A stretch of DNA of 64,000 nt from Eledone cirrhosa (Eukaryota). The stretch spans positions 327,236,001-327,300,000 of the forward strand of contig OZ024741.1 of NCBI GenBank assembly GCA_964016885.1. The letters are read 5' to 3'. Shown piece by piece: positions 29,380-44,334 of the stretch. Below the pieces are notes generated by a model. It had not been told where the DNA came from. It saw only the letters and a program-made list of their open reading frames with translations, and ran no database searches. The translations under genes were made by a program, and so were the position numbers. The first letter of the stretch is position 1, and each line of letters opens with the position of its first letter.

Positions 29380-29870
29380 ATGTTTCTGTAACAGACGGAA
29401 TACCTATGTATCGCTGCTTGCGTAATCATATAATATTAGCACGTAATCGATAGGAAATGTATAATCAGTTGTCACTTCTTCAGAGATTTTGGATAAATTG
29501 TAAAAAATCAGAAAAATCAAAGTATTTATATTAGTTGTACGAAAGGAAGAGGAGAGGGGAAAGTATATGACAGATGGCAATTCAATTTGCTGGTAAACAA
29601 GTGTATAGAAGGTATTTAATGAGAATACAATGAGCATATGGCTTATTTTATCTAAATAAGAATTTTTGGGAGTGCCTATTTTAATTTATATTTGACCAGT
29701 TGAACAATGGACAGGGCTGGTGGTTTGGTGTAGTAGTATTAATACAGATATAAGGTGTCAAGTGAGGAAGAGAGATGTTCACTGCTACTGTATAACAACA
29801 ATGCTGGTAGCCTGCTGGTATATGCTTTAGGGAATTGGATTGAGAAATATTATTTTATCTATAGCATTTT
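29380..29870 (-). mobile_element. Possible highly decayed Penelope 3' end
   Basis: Minus strand has CTGAAGA AGTGAC..GTTAC AGAAAC, preceded by a weak EN-tail-like translation. Confidence 0.3.
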
Positions 29871-30253
29871 ATATTATATGATAAAGAATAGAAGTGTTGA
29901 TAGAATTAAAACTAATAGAGAATGTTAATATGTATTTTGACAATCAAACGGAGATGGAGACAGGCGTTCAATCATGGTAGCGTTTGTAATATGAAAATGT
30001 AAATTTCAAGCGATGGTTACAGTATAACGATCGCTCTACTCTGTTATTTAATAAAATATTTTTGGATTTCATAATACAAAATATTTCCATAATACACAAT
30101 CTACAAAATTTCTGTCCTTGAAAATATGTAGGGGCAAGCTATTATATCCCATTTTAGGTTAAATTGTTGGTTATTTTCGCGCAGCTGCCCAGCCTTGTCA
30201 GCGAGTGTTGTTACATAACGCTGTTATTTCATTTTTATATATATATACACACA

Positions 30254-30307
<54 letters not shown>

Positions 30308-30450
30308 GCAATTGAAATATGTCCAAGAAATTTCTTTCGTCGCAATACTGATTCTCTATTTTCTGTGATATACTGTATATATATATATATTAGAAAGTGA
30401 GGTTATTTTACAAAATGAAAAAAAACGAGATATCCTACACGAGTGAAAGT

Positions 30451-30716
30451 TATAGCAAAAAAGATGAAATCCAAAATGCAACAGGAGTCTTTTTAAAAAT
30501 ATTTATTTGTTTTCTTTACGGTTTCGCAGTTAGTGTGGTTTTCAAAAGTAGAATTGAGATGGAGGGTTTGTGGTTTTTCTCGAAAGAAAAACCACAAACC
30601 CCCCATCTCAATTCTACTTTTGAAAAGCACAAGAAGTGTGAAACCGGTAAAGGAACGAAATAAATATTTTAAAAAAGACTCCAGTTGCATTTTCGATTTC
30701 ATCTTTTTACCCTATA
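30451..30716. repeat. ~130-bp-arm hairpin with a 4-nt loop, containing a variant hammerhead motif
   Basis: Centre TTTTCT-CGAA-AGAAAA at 30575-30590; arms are reverse-complementary. Confidence 0.85.
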
Positions 30717-30722
30717 TATATA

Positions 30723-30832
30723 TAGGAAAAAGTATGACCCCGACGGCAGATCTCAAGCCGTTTCGACGGTTATTTCTGGAAATAGCCGTCGAAACGGCTT
30801 GAGCTCTGTCGTCGGGGTCAAACTTTTTCCTA
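30723..30832. repeat. ~54-bp-arm hairpin; related sequence at 44551-44612 and ~25020-25145
   Basis: TAGGAAAAAGT..TATTTC-TG-GAAATA..ACTTTTTCCTA. Confidence 0.8.
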
Positions 30833-30927
30833 TTACCCACTCTACTACCCTAAGTATTGAGTACTCTGGTGCGTTATGGTCCATCTGGTTCCTTACCACA
30901 ATTCCTTCGTTATATATATATATATAT

Positions 30928-33130
30928 GGAAGTAGTACGCAACAGCTAGTTCACCATACCGAGAACAATTGTTTCACCTTATGCGGATCTTCAGCTCGGC
31001 TGGTCATGGTTATACGGAACAGGAAGAACAACCCTTTGAACGCGCATGCGCAGAAATGGTCACTTCACCCAAGCGATGCTAAAACCAGGGGCGAAAGGTG
31101 TAAGGGAGATAACTGCGAAAGTCCGGAAAAGATGTTTGAGTGGATAAGAAAATTAGAATGTTATTGTTATTCAATCCGGAGCTTTGTAGTTATGCAAGAG
31201 TTGTTTCCAGACAAGTGGACAACATGAGAAGATTTCATATCTCGAGTCTAGGCAATTGCTATTGCGTAATCTCCTTAGAATAGTTATCGTTTTTTCAATA
31301 CACAGTCCACAAGACGGATTGCCCCTTGCGTATGGCTTGGACATAGTAATAGCTTTCCATTGAATGGAGTAGTCCATATCTGAGTCCTTGAGGGACCATA
31401 CGTGGCTCGCGAGTTTCCTGGTTGATCATTTATCCGGGTACCTAAAGGTCGACTGATGGTTCAGGAAGCGTTCATTAATTCGGCCCTCCATCATACCCAC
31501 ATAGGATTTGACATCCTGGGTTGATTTGGTCGGTTGGAAGTGACCAAAGCTTCATAAACTACAGCGGATGTGTTGCATTACTGTTGAAGGAGACAAGTTT
31601 CAGGATTTCGGCAAGGTCATCCTGGTGGGGTGCAGCTCTTAGGACTGTTGGTGATGTGGGCCTTCATATTCTTAGCGCAGGAGTACCCTTGTTTTACTCT
31701 GTGTCTGTCAAAAATGGAGCGGTATTTGTGACCTATGGGAAAGTGTCTATCTAAGATGGCTAAACCTTTTTTTCCTACATTAGTATTTACGTTGAGTGAG
31801 AAAGGAGGAGAGAACCAGATAATTTGTCAATTGTTACGATTCTTTTCTTATTGTTGTTGTTGTTAGTGGGGGAGTAAGTAATTGGTTGCGAGAAGCCACT
31901 GTTAGCTAACGCCGTGTTATAGTAGGGTGCCGCTCTGTCAAAGATAGCCATATTAGAGGAGAGGTTAGGGATTCTAGTACTGATACTATTTACGAAGGTT
32001 CTAAAAACAGAAAGGGGTTGGCATGAGTCTGTGTATATGTAATTAAGTTTTTCGTTTAGCTTATGGAAGGGTCTGAAGTTATGTGTGCGAAGGTCTAAAT
32101 TAATGTCTAAGAAATCTAGAGAGGTTGGTAGCTACTGTTATCCTAAGTCCTAACTCATTAAAAGTAGAAGTTAAATCTTTTTTAAACCGGTCCAGGTCGT
32201 GAACACTTTTATAGCTCGATAAGATCAGGCCATCGTCCGTGTGGAGGTCCGGGAATCTAACACGTAATATGTCTAAAATAAATAGGCCAACCAAGTCGCA
32301 TACGTCAGCACTATCAAACGATCCCATGGAGACGTCGAATAGTTTTGAAGTGGTTGACTTCTTTGCCTAGGCTACTCAATTGTTGAAGAGGAGGTTTTCC
32401 GGCAGTGTGCGATGATCTCCCTGTCTAAAACATGGACGGTAGTGTAAGTGGTAGCAAAATCCAACGCTTTGTTTAACATGGTCTCTGAGATCGACGGTTA
32501 AACATCTACAATGTCGAATTGCGTGAACTTTGCTTTTTTGGAGTTGAAGGAGTTAAACCACGTAATACCTGAGTCGCTGTTCTCCCACTGGGAGAGCTTG
32601 GACTTGATCCTAATGGTCTTAACTATGTCTCTAAGTATGGCCTTACTAACTAGTCCCATTTCCGTGCGTGCTGTGTTTAGTAGTTTACACGTGAGATTAG
32701 AAGCATAATCTACCTTGTGATGCTTCAGGGTGAGAAACACCTAATGTTTAGCTAAGCATTGTAGTTTCTTATCTACCTTAAGGGCGGCAGCAAGGTCTTT
32801 GGTTTCTGTATTGATATCGTGGTAGGCCATAGGGTTAGCCTTCTTATATTTAGAGGTTATAGCGTTATGTAAGTAGTGTTGGCGACTTCGTAAATATTAT
32901 TGGTTTTGTCAGAAATAACGAAAGTGTTATTGGAAGACCTAAATTTCTTAATATCATTTCTAAGTTTAGTTTGGAAGGTGTTAGAGTGTTTGCGAAAGGA
33001 AATGTTAGCGACTAAGTCAAGAAGGTCCGCTTCGAAAGGAGCGAGTTCAGTTACCTTAGGAGCATTAGATATTAACTTTAGGGTTTTGGCCCTGTCCTTC
33101 CCAGAAATTGAGAGCTGTTTCATGTGACTG
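30928..33130 (-). mobile_element. Penelope-like retroelement (RT + GIY-YIG, frameshifted) with 3' pLTR
   Basis: SDKTNNIY, LLNTARTEMGLVSK.IL, QFDIVDV*PSI, MGSFDSADVCDLVGLFIL, DDGL, YVGMMEG, CGLCIEK..LDSRYEIFSCC; hammerhead downstream. Confidence 0.92.
30959..30999 (-). ncRNA. Minimal type I hammerhead motif in the pLTR
   Basis: CCGAG CTGAAGA TCC-gcataa-GGT GAAA CAATTG TT CTCGG. Confidence 0.75.
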
Positions 33131-33607
33131 TAGGGAGATTACTCCACAAAGGCTCTGTTACCTGGCGAGAATTTTGACCCGAAAGTTGGCATTTGTCAGG
33201 CTGCTGGCCAAGCTAGCATACCCTTCGGTCTTGAATGTGTGTGCTATTTCTATTCTACTTTTTTTACGTCCTTTGTTTCAGTCTCACGAGACAGTCGTTG
33301 CTATAAAAAGCATATATTCTAGTCATCAGTTAAAATTCTGTGTTCATGTTATGGCTTGATTGTTATCAATTATTGTTTTGTTTTGTCTTTTTGTTTTTTT
33401 CTTTTTCTCCATGGACCACACATTGTCTTGTATTAGACGTTGTGACCCTGTATAGATAAGCAATACAGTAAGTAGGACTCGAAACCGCCAGAGGTTCACA
33501 TCGACGGCTGGCGACTTTTGAGTTCTGTGTCGCTTTGCCTTGCTTTCATTCATTATCTTATCTTTGTTAATATTCCCAATTATATATATATGTGTATATA
33601 TATATAT

Positions 33608-33741
33608 GAGATTCCTGATGATTTCTCACGAATGAAACAGTTCTAGTCTACTAGAATATCTTCTATATTAAAACTGTTATACTCTGTTATGTATTGAGTA
33701 CCTTACCTACTGTGGTTACCTCCGATTCAACCCGGAATAAC
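33608..33741 (+). mobile_element. Solo ~135-bp hammerhead-bearing pLTR tail
   Basis: GATTC CTGATGA TTTC-tcac-GAAT GAAA CAG.. plus the shared tail; stem III is damaged. Confidence 0.75.
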
Positions 33742-34249
33742 CTACCTCTATATATTAATAACAATATTCGATGTATATATATATATATATATAAAAGAAA
33801 ATGAGATTTTATATGAATTTCTTATGAAGTAGAACTGTATCTGTCTTCTCTTTTAGCTTGAGTATAACAGTATAACAAAATTATGAGAAGTCTATATTCC
33901 GACCATCATGAAATTGTTGACTCACAACAAGATGATTCAAATATAATATACAGAGCTATATTTATGTATTTTAATAATCGCAACAACAAAACAAAAATTT
34001 GCATCAAATAAAACGAATTTTTAAAATAAATGTTCTGATTATTAATGCGTGAAAACACAAATCTTAAAATATGATAAAGTGGATGCTGGATGCCAGAAAA
34101 AAATCCACTTAAATACTTTGAGATCGTTCAATGAGATTTAGAACTATGGTACGAATCTGTCAATTAAGTCATTAAATCATTCACCTCTTGTAATTAAGAT
34201 ATATGTTGTTACAGGAAATATTTTTCCAATTATGACCATATATATATAT

Positions 34250-35082
34250 ATACGAAAAAAATGCTTAATCTGTAAACTAAGCCCCCATATTAACTGTAAA
34301 ACTAGAAATGTAGTATATAGCATAAGATGTACTGAAGGACAATGTAAAGATAAGAATATAGTGTACATAGGTGAGACGGCTCGTAGTATAGGAGAACGGT
34401 TAAATGAACACTGGCGAGAACTTCAAGATAAAAAAGAATCATCAATACTCCACCAACATGGTAAAATAGAACATAAGGGCAAATTAGAGAACATAGAAAT
34501 AAAAATAGAATCTACACACAGAAAAGACGCAATGTTTAGACAAATCACAGAGGCAACAAACATAAATGAACTCCAACCAAAATTAAATAGAAAACGTGAA
34601 TGGAATATCAACATCACAACTTACAATTAAGGACACAATGAAAACGCACACACACATAGAACAAACAACCAACCAGTAACATGTAAATAAACAAATAAAT
34701 AAACAAATATAAAGACACACAGACACCCGGGTGTAACACATGCGCAAACCAGTCACACAACACACACAAAAGCAAGATGGCGTAGGACAGAACAAAGGAG
34801 AGGCAAAAAAAACAAAGAAATACATCCCAGTCACTGAAGAGGTCACAGAATGCGTGACGAAAGAACTTTGACAATATATGAACAATCTTCCGGTTATGGA
34901 ACCAACCAGCCTACCGGAAATTTATAAATTCTTAAATTTATAAATTTAATTTATAATAAATTGAAGTGAAAGCATGGTGCGTGTGTTTCTTATTGGCAAC
35001 ATGACCCTCCCAAAGCATAACAATATCGGTTTCAACACACGTTTTCAGATAAAGAATCTTGATAAACAAATTCAGAAACGAA

Positions 35083-35085
<3 letters not shown>
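34250..35085 (+). mobile_element. Penelope-like element 3' fragment: GIY-YIG domain (stop 34630) plus pLTR
   Basis: CKTRNVVYSIRC..YIGETARSIGERLNEH..RQITEA..PKLNRKREW, followed by a pLTR with a hammerhead. (TA)n flanks. Confidence 0.9.
34830..34872 (+). ncRNA. Minimal type I hammerhead motif
   Basis: GTCA CTGAAGA G GTCAC-agaatgc-GTGAC GAAA G-aa-C TT TGAC. Confidence 0.65.
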
Positions 35086-35140
<55 letters not shown>

Positions 35141-35172
35141 ACGTGTGTAAAATGCGTAGATGTGTCGGTGTG

Positions 35173-35301
<129 letters not shown>

Positions 35302-35322
35302 ATTATGTATGCATGTATATAC

Positions 35323-35421
<99 letters not shown>

Positions 35422-35876
35422 GATTGGGAGAGGGAGATAGAAGGATAGATAGATACATAGATAGATAGGTAATATATCTATATATATTTATATAATGTGT
35501 TCGCATACTCACACTCTCTCTCACACGCACACCATATATATTTGTGAGTGTGCGTGTGTGTATATGCGAGTGTGTTTGTGCATATGCTTGTGACCGTATC
35601 ATTGATTACTCTTATTACACATTCGGAATTGTTTTTTCTTTTAATTCCATTCCGAGGAGACATGAGCAATGAGAGAAATAGAATAAAAGATAGAAAAGAA
35701 GAAAGAAAGAATTATATACAGAACAATCAATACATGGCGTGTTCATGGTTCTATGAAGAATTACTTTAATCAATTTCGAATTTGTTTACTCGTATACACC
35801 TTCATTTAAACAGCGTTATGTCGTAGAAAATATTAAGTACAAACTACTTAGTAGAATTAATTGAAATTATGAGGAA

Positions 35877-35995
35877 ATGGCAGACTCGGTAGAACGTTCT
35901 AGTTCAATGCGCTCTGAGCTCAAGTCCCACCGAGGTCAACTTTGCCTTTCATCCATTCGAGATCGTTAAAAAAGTACTAATTAAGTACTGGGGTC
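35877..35995 (+). mobile_element. Diverged major-family SINE
   Basis: CTGAGCTCAAGTCCCACCGAGGTCAACTTTGCCTTTCATCC. Confidence 0.7.
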
Positions 35996-36245
35996 TATTC
36001 TTCCTCTATATCTTTTTCCCACTGCCCTTTTCCCACTCTCTATCCTTCTCTGGAAGAAATCTGCTGTATTCAGACATGGAGAGTAGATCGGCTCCATCAT
36101 GTTTTAAAATGCTATAGATGTGCGCCGAATGTCAAAACACCACCCCTACGACACCCCCACATGTTCAGGACTATGCATACATACATGCATACATACATAG
36201 ATACATACATACATACATACATACATACATACATACATACACACA

Positions 36246-36540
36246 TTCAAGTACAATCAATTAATGGAACATTAAAAATATGTAAAACATTCCAAAAATG
36301 TTGCGTCTAATAACTGCTTATACACATGTACAGATACAAAGCATATGCACATGCACACATAAAACACAATACATACACATCCACACATACAATAACATCC
36401 ATACCTACACATGCACGCATGCAGACATGCATACATATATACCTAGTTGATGTTGTGTAAATTCCAATGAGAGAGTCTTGTATCTATTTTAGAAACCGAC
36501 TCTCTCTCAAAAGTTTGTGGAATTATAAAACCAAAAGAAC
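36246..36540 (+). mobile_element. 3' fragment of the R4/Dong-type family seen at 45971-49945
   Basis: Matches ~49645-49945; (TACA)n on both sides. Confidence 0.85.
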
Positions 36541-36590
36541 ATACATACATACATACATACATACATACATAGATACATACATACATACAT

Positions 36591-37200
36591 GGTGGTGGCT
36601 GCCAACTCGTGTTCGAGTACGGCCACTACTTTATATCCATGTCGGAGAACCCCTACCGATGCACTGAACGAGTGTGACTTTTTAGTCCAGCCAGCGACTT
36701 GAAAACTCTGGTACAAACACTACACTTGTGACAATTAATGACACATAGTGCTGGGCCCATGGTACCATGTGACGACAAGTGCAGAGAGATCTCCAGATAT
36801 AAAGCAATGCCTGTGCCGTGAAGCTTTTATAGTGAGCAAAGGCACTGCACAAAGCCAGTCCCACTCTCTTAACCAAGATGATATTTACCAAAAAGAAGAA
36901 CAACTCAACATCATTGGATACCATTAGGGTTGCAGGTGTTATATCAGAGTTTTCTTACTCCTAGAATTCTGCCTTGACAAAGGCTAAGGGGTCATCTCTC
37001 TCGGTGATTTAGGATGGCAATTGACTCTTAAGAGCTCCTTTGCCCTTTGACAGGTTTTGTTTTTAGTCCTGCAGGATGTCCAAAGTCACCCTCCTCACCA
37101 AGAAACCTTGGTGGCGTTGTCAGTTTAGTCGCCAACGACCCGACCTAGAGACAGGTTGTACTGGGATACATGTTACCAGTAGCACCAACTGATGACCTGA
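36591..37200 (-). mobile_element. ~600-bp bipartite RTE-derived element, copy 2
   Basis: Reverse-complement match to 3982-4587; (TACA)n flanks. Confidence 0.75.
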
Positions 37201-37234
37201 CACATAATACATAACATACATACATACATACATA

Positions 37235-40200
37235 ATGTCGACCGTTGTGGTCAGTGTCCGATAATCCGACGTGTGTAATTACGGCTTACATGAAGGCAAC
37301 ATAGCATATATTGGAAAAGGTTGAGCTACATTACGCGGTAAGATTACATACAATAATTCTACATAAGTGTTTGAACTGTAAGTGTGTTGTAAAACACCTA
37401 TTTATATGAACGATACATACACTTATGATATATGAACGATACATACACTTTAACATATAAATGCAACATTGTTATATTACATTTATAAAGAAATATACAA
37501 GTAACGTTTTCGATTCAGAAACAAAAACATAAGTGTGAATAAGTTGTGAATAAGTTGTAGAACACCTATTTATATGAATGATACATAAACCTTAACATAT
37601 AAATACAGCGTTGTTATATTATATTACATTCATAAAGAAATATACTAAGTAACGGTTCTTTTTGTTCTCGATTCAAACGATTCAAGAACAACGTTTAAAA
37701 CACAGTTGTAGAATTAAAAACTAACTGAAAAGAAATATTACCAAGCTGTGAATAACTTTAAATTTGATTCTGACAGAACTTTGTCGAAACTTTTAAAGAA
37801 GATCATCGACTATTTTGAAAAATAAATACGAAATATTAGTGAATAGACGAACTCAACATGGCAAAAAGTACAAGTCTCCTTCGACCAAATCGCAACTACA
37901 ACCGTTGTATACAGTGGAGCTACGAGCTTAACAAAGAATTATATGAAGCATACAAACAATCTGAACCCCAAAAGTTCGGTTTTATGCAAAGGCTAAAAAC
38001 TGAATGGAACTCCAAACACCCACAATTAGACTTTTCTCCAAAGCATTTAAATGAACAGGCAAAACGTATCATTAGATGTAAATTGATGCATCTAAAGGAA
38101 TTGAGTGATACTACAAATACAGCCCTTGTAGACAACCACCCCACCTCCACTGACAGACAAGAGAATGGTCAGCTAAATCTAACAGTGAACAGCTCACCAA
38201 CAAGTTTGCTGAAATCCATCCCACTTCCACTGAAGAACAGCGAGAATGGTCAGCTAATTCTAGTAGTAATTGTCACCACATCAACAACGAGGCTGAAATT
38301 CATGACTCTACTGAACAAACAGAGCACCAACAACTTGTGGACATACTACAAGTGATATGGAACGATATGTTTCAAGAGATACACAGCCTTAATGTGAGTG
38401 ACAGACCATACAACACCAGAATCAGTAAAGAACCCACTAAATTGGAATTGGAAGCGGTGAACGAAATAGCTGGCAATTATCTGAAGGCTTTACGATTTAA
38501 AGGTGTAGAAACGACATTTGAAACACTTAATATTTTGTTATATGTTTCAGCTGTCACCAAGCTATCATATAACACACATCTAAAACCAAGCAATCAAGAT
38601 ACAAACAGAAAGCCTGAACCAGCGTGGATGCGAAATTTAAAAAGCAAAATTGTATCCCTGAGACGAAGTATCTCACACATCGCAGTCATTACGAAATGCA
38701 ACAGAGAGAGCAAATTCACACGACATCAGGAAGACCTAAAAAAAAAGTTAGAGAGACGATTTGGAGATACAAAATTTAAAACTTTGAACTCCAAATTACA
38801 CCAGTTGAAACAACAACTCACAGCTACAACAGAAAGACTAAAATATAAGTCAACAGCACATAAACGACAAGTGCTAAATAGATTGTTTGCCAGAGATCCT
38901 AAATCAGTTTATCGCAACTTCGGTGGCAAAAGCTCAATCCCTGTAAATGACACCCCTTCAAAAGAACAGGTTGAGAGCTACTGGAGATCTGTATGGGAAA
39001 CGGATGACGGATTCAACAGACAAACTAATTGGCTAAAAGAAAAGGAACAGGACTACTGCCAACATGTCCAGATAAAACAATATGACATAGATGGGTCAAT
39101 ACTGGAAACAGCTCTACAGAAAATGTCGAATAGGAAATCGCCCGGCCCAGACCTCATTACAGGATACTGGTTGAAGAATTTCACTTTCTATCGGCAAGAT
39201 CTCATACGGCTGTTTACAGAAACCATTAAAGGCACACAAGAAATGCCTAGATGGTTTTCAACTGCCACTACTCTCCTCATTCCCCAAATAGCCAGACCAC
39301 CCTTGCTAAAAATTACCGCCCAATAGCCTGCCAAAACATCATGTATAAATGATATACTGGGAGCTTTAACCTGTTCTTACAGGATCACTGTGCTACCAAC
39401 AACATCATAACACCTGAGCAAGCTGGTGGAAAGAGGGAGGTGTGGGGTTGCATAGATCACCTACTAACTAACAAAATTATTCAGAAAAAAACAACAAAGA
39501 ATCGCAGAAACCTGACTGTGGTGTGGCTGGACTATCAAAAAGCATTTGATAGTGTACCTCATGGGTTGATTATTAAGGTTTACAGTTAGCTAAAGTTCCA
39601 CAACCATTGGTAGCTGCTGTTGAACGCCTGACCAAGAACTGGTACACCAATTTGATGCTTAGAGGTGAGAAGGAGCAAGTTAAGACTGATAAGATACATT
39701 ACCAGAAGGGCATATTTCAGGGTGATACCTTGTCAGTGCTACTCTTCGTTCTCTCACTGAATCCACTATCTTACCTACTCAGGAAACAAGGTGGACAAAG
39801 AAGTGGACCCAGAAGTATCTCCCATCTTTTCTTTGTTGATGACCTGAAGTTGTATGGGCCAAATATCAACGACATCAAGAAACAATTGGACCTCATTACA
39901 CAATTTTCGACCGACATCAAAATGAAATTTGGTGAGTCCAAGTGTGCATATTTGGCAGGAAAACGTGGAAGAACTGTGCCCTCTAAAAATCTTGAGATGA
40001 ACGGCCTGACAATACAACCTCTACAGTCAGGTGACAACTACAGATATCTTGGACAGGATGAGAATGTCAGATATGATGGACCCATAAATAAGAAGAGAAC
40101 CAGAACTGAATACCTCGATACTTCTCAGTGTTACGCAAGGAAGATGGCCGGGTTCTAAAATCAATATTAACAACATATGAGACCCGGATAGTAACACTGC

Positions 40201-41247
40201 AGCAACACCTTCAACAGAGGAAAAAGGTTGGCAACCATCTTGCCCAGGTTTATGAGCATGAAAAAAAAATATCATTAGAATAGCGACTGATCTGGAGGAG
40301 AGATATGGAATAAAGCCTGATATAAATCTCTCACCCAGATAAATCGGAAGATCCTATTCAATGTTCAGACAAGATAAACAAATTGACCAATTTACAGAAA
40401 AAGTTGTGCATGGATACTTGAGGCGTAAAACACAGACCATATAGGTGATAAACCACTCAAAAAGCCTGGCATGGAGTTCCGACAAGTTTATGACATCACA
40501 CCTTGAGGGATATCTCTATGCAATACAGGAACAAGAACTCCCTACCAAATATCTGCTGCACAAAAGAGGAGGGCCAGCAGTTGACAATAAATGTAGGCTA
40601 TGTAAAACAAAGATCGAGGATGTAAGCCACATTGTTGCCAGCTGCGAAAGAATGTCATCTCGCTACTACCTCCCCATGAGACACGATGGGATAGCTAGAA
40701 CCATCTGGAACGCACTTCGGAAAACAAAATTAACAACAAACGAGGAAGAATATATTGAGACAGATGGCACTAAGGAATACTGGTGGAACCTGAAAATAAA
40801 AACTGCCACCAAATTAAAGCACAACCGGCCTGATAGTGTTGTTTGGGACCACATATTGAAAACGTGTTCTGTTGTAGAGTAAAGATGCCCACTTGGTGGT
40901 AAACGTTGTCAGAAATATACAGGAGAAGGAGGACATCTACGGACCATTGATGAGGAGTTTACAAATCCAGTATCCAAGATACACCTTTAGCTTCATACCC
41001 ATCATTATTGGAGCTACGGGTTATATACCAACCCGCTTGGACCAAAGTATGACTGAACTTCGATTTGCGGACAAAAAGCGCAGCTCCCTAATTCATAGTC
41101 TACAAATGGCTGCGATAGCTGGCACCTTCAAAATTTGCAAAACATTCTTGCGATTCAAGGGATGAACATTTCTTTTCTTTTACAACCTTGCCACCAATGA
41201 GGTGGCCGATCAAAAAAAACCTACTCGAAATTAAGAGAAAGAGATAA
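37235..41247 (+). mobile_element. R4/Dong-type non-LTR retrotransposon (RT + C-terminal RLE), disrupted; coding 37858-41165
   Basis: N-terminal W.YELN..GFMQRL..W; KSPGPD; NYRPIAC; WLDYQKAFDSVPH; GIFQGDTLS; FFVDDLKLY; CRLC..HIVASC; RHD; HNRPD..E. Several frameshifts and stops. 5' boundary uncertain. Confidence 0.9.
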
Positions 41248-41880
41248 CATACATACATTAAACCTTATTGAGTAGAAACTACTAAGTAGAAATGATTGAG
41301 TAGATTTCACTTAAATTTTGACGAAGTCGTAGATTGTGTAAAACATCGAATAGATTACTTGACTTTATTCTTTCTAGGTCCCTGCACTTTGAAGTCATAT
41401 ACCACCGAAGTCAACTCTTTCTTTTATCCTTTCCCGGCCTTTAAATATAATACCATTACTTGCGTCAATTTCCCGTCTCTCTCGCTCTTTCTTTCGAAGA
41501 AGTTGGCTCTGTTCCAACATGCAAAATAGCAAGACTGCTCCAGGTTTAAATATTCAAGACACACTGTATGTCACAGTGGTATTCATCACCGGATGGTTGG
41601 ATGGAGAATTGATGGAGAGAGAAACCGGCTTACTTCATTCTTAGTTTAAGAGAAACTTTCCACGAAGTCTCAGTAGATTCATTCTTTCACAATATAAAGA
41701 TCGATATACAGACATCAATAACACGAATTCATCTTCTCCTCTATTTTGTAAGAAAATTATGAGAATGTACATCTTATTTCCGAACTTCCATGATGTCTTC
41801 CTTTACATTTAAAAAAGACCCACACTCATACGTCGAAAACGTCTACTAGTCTAGATAACATTTCTATGGTTATAGGTGCT

Positions 41881-41995
<115 letters not shown>

Positions 41996-42120
41996 CTCCC
42001 TCTCTCCCTCTTCCTCTCACTCTCTCTTTATCTCTTTCTCTCTCTCTCTCTTCATATATATATATAAAGAAAGAGAGAGAGAGAGATGAGATAGAAAGTT
42101 GATTGTGTATATATATATAT

Positions 42121-43010
42121 AAATGGAATAGAATGAAACGAAACGTCATTTCTCACTCTTAGTACAGCAGTTACTTAAATGTAAGTATGTATGTATACGT
42201 ACATACATATATGTATACAGACGTACATTAGTATGTATATATATACATATATGCATACATGTATATATGCAGGTATCGGTTTACCGAACATTTATTATAA
42301 TGCTCGGATAGTTTGTAAACAAACAAACAGCCCCTAATTACGCCGTACAGTGTTTAGGCAACCACGTCACCTTTTTGTTCAACACTGACACTAGTTTCAA
42401 GTGTATTAGCTATCGTCAGCATCGTATACCTTCCTGCCAGATGGTTGAACGTCTGAAAGTATATACTTTCCTTATGCATATTAATGGCTGAGCAGCCTAA
42501 TTTGCATATCGGCAAACCGATACGTGGATATAAATATGTGTGCATGTATTTATATATATACATACTACTGTATACATATATGTGTGTACGTATACATACA
42601 TACATACTTATATATATTTATATATATATATATAAATGGAAAAAATGAAATGAAATTTCATTTCCCACTCTTAGTACGGCTGTTACTTAAATATAAGTAT
42701 GTATACTTACATACATATATGTATACAGAGGTACAGTAGTATGTATATATATATATACATACATGCACATATATATATATATATATATATATACGTATGG
42801 ATTTACCGAATATTTATTATAATGCTTGGTGTGTTTGTAAACAAACATCCCGAATTGAACCGTACAGTGTTTAGCAACCATCGTTGCCATTTTCTTCAAC
42901 ACTGACAAAGGAACGATGTACTAGTTTCAAGCTTATTAGCTATCGTCAGCATCGTATACCTTCCTGCCAAATGATTGAACGTCTGAAAGTATATCATTTC
43001 CTTATGCATA
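42121..43010. repeat. Diverged direct duplication (~360-bp units, period ~515 bp)
   Basis: 42121-42480 aligns to 42634-43010. Confidence 0.8.
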
Positions 43011-43188
43011 TAACGCACCAGAGTACTCAGTACTTCGGATCTATCTGTCAACACGGCAGGAGTACAGTCGTCAGGGTCATGACTTTTCTCCTAGATATAT
43101 ATATATATATGTGTGTGTATGTGTGTGTATGTGTGTGTGGGGGGGCGTGCGTGCGTGTGTGTGTGTGTGTGTGTGTATGTGTGTGTGT

Positions 43189-43231
<43 letters not shown>

Positions 43232-43579
43232 AATCAGAATATGCGTTAATTTAACACCAACACTTCAGAATGCAGGGTAGAACACTCAACGAAATTCATA
43301 AGAGGGTCTGTTAACTTCGGACTAAATTTATAAAGAAGACATATAAGTCAAAATTTCATACGTTACTTCTTTCCTTACCGTTATATATATATTCGGTGAT
43401 ATACAACATCTATGACTTCTCCAGGCAATTAGAATTAACACTTAGAAAACATAAAAACAAAGTTTTTCTTGGAGGAAAGATAATATCACTTTAAAGATTC
43501 TAACGCCTATCTTTACTTTCTGATTTGTGTATACTGTTATATATATATGAAAGAAAATTTCGTTCTACATGGCTGAATA

Positions 43580-44286
<707 letters not shown>

Positions 44287-44293
44287 CACACAT

Positions 44294-44333
<40 letters not shown>

Positions 44334-44334
44334 C

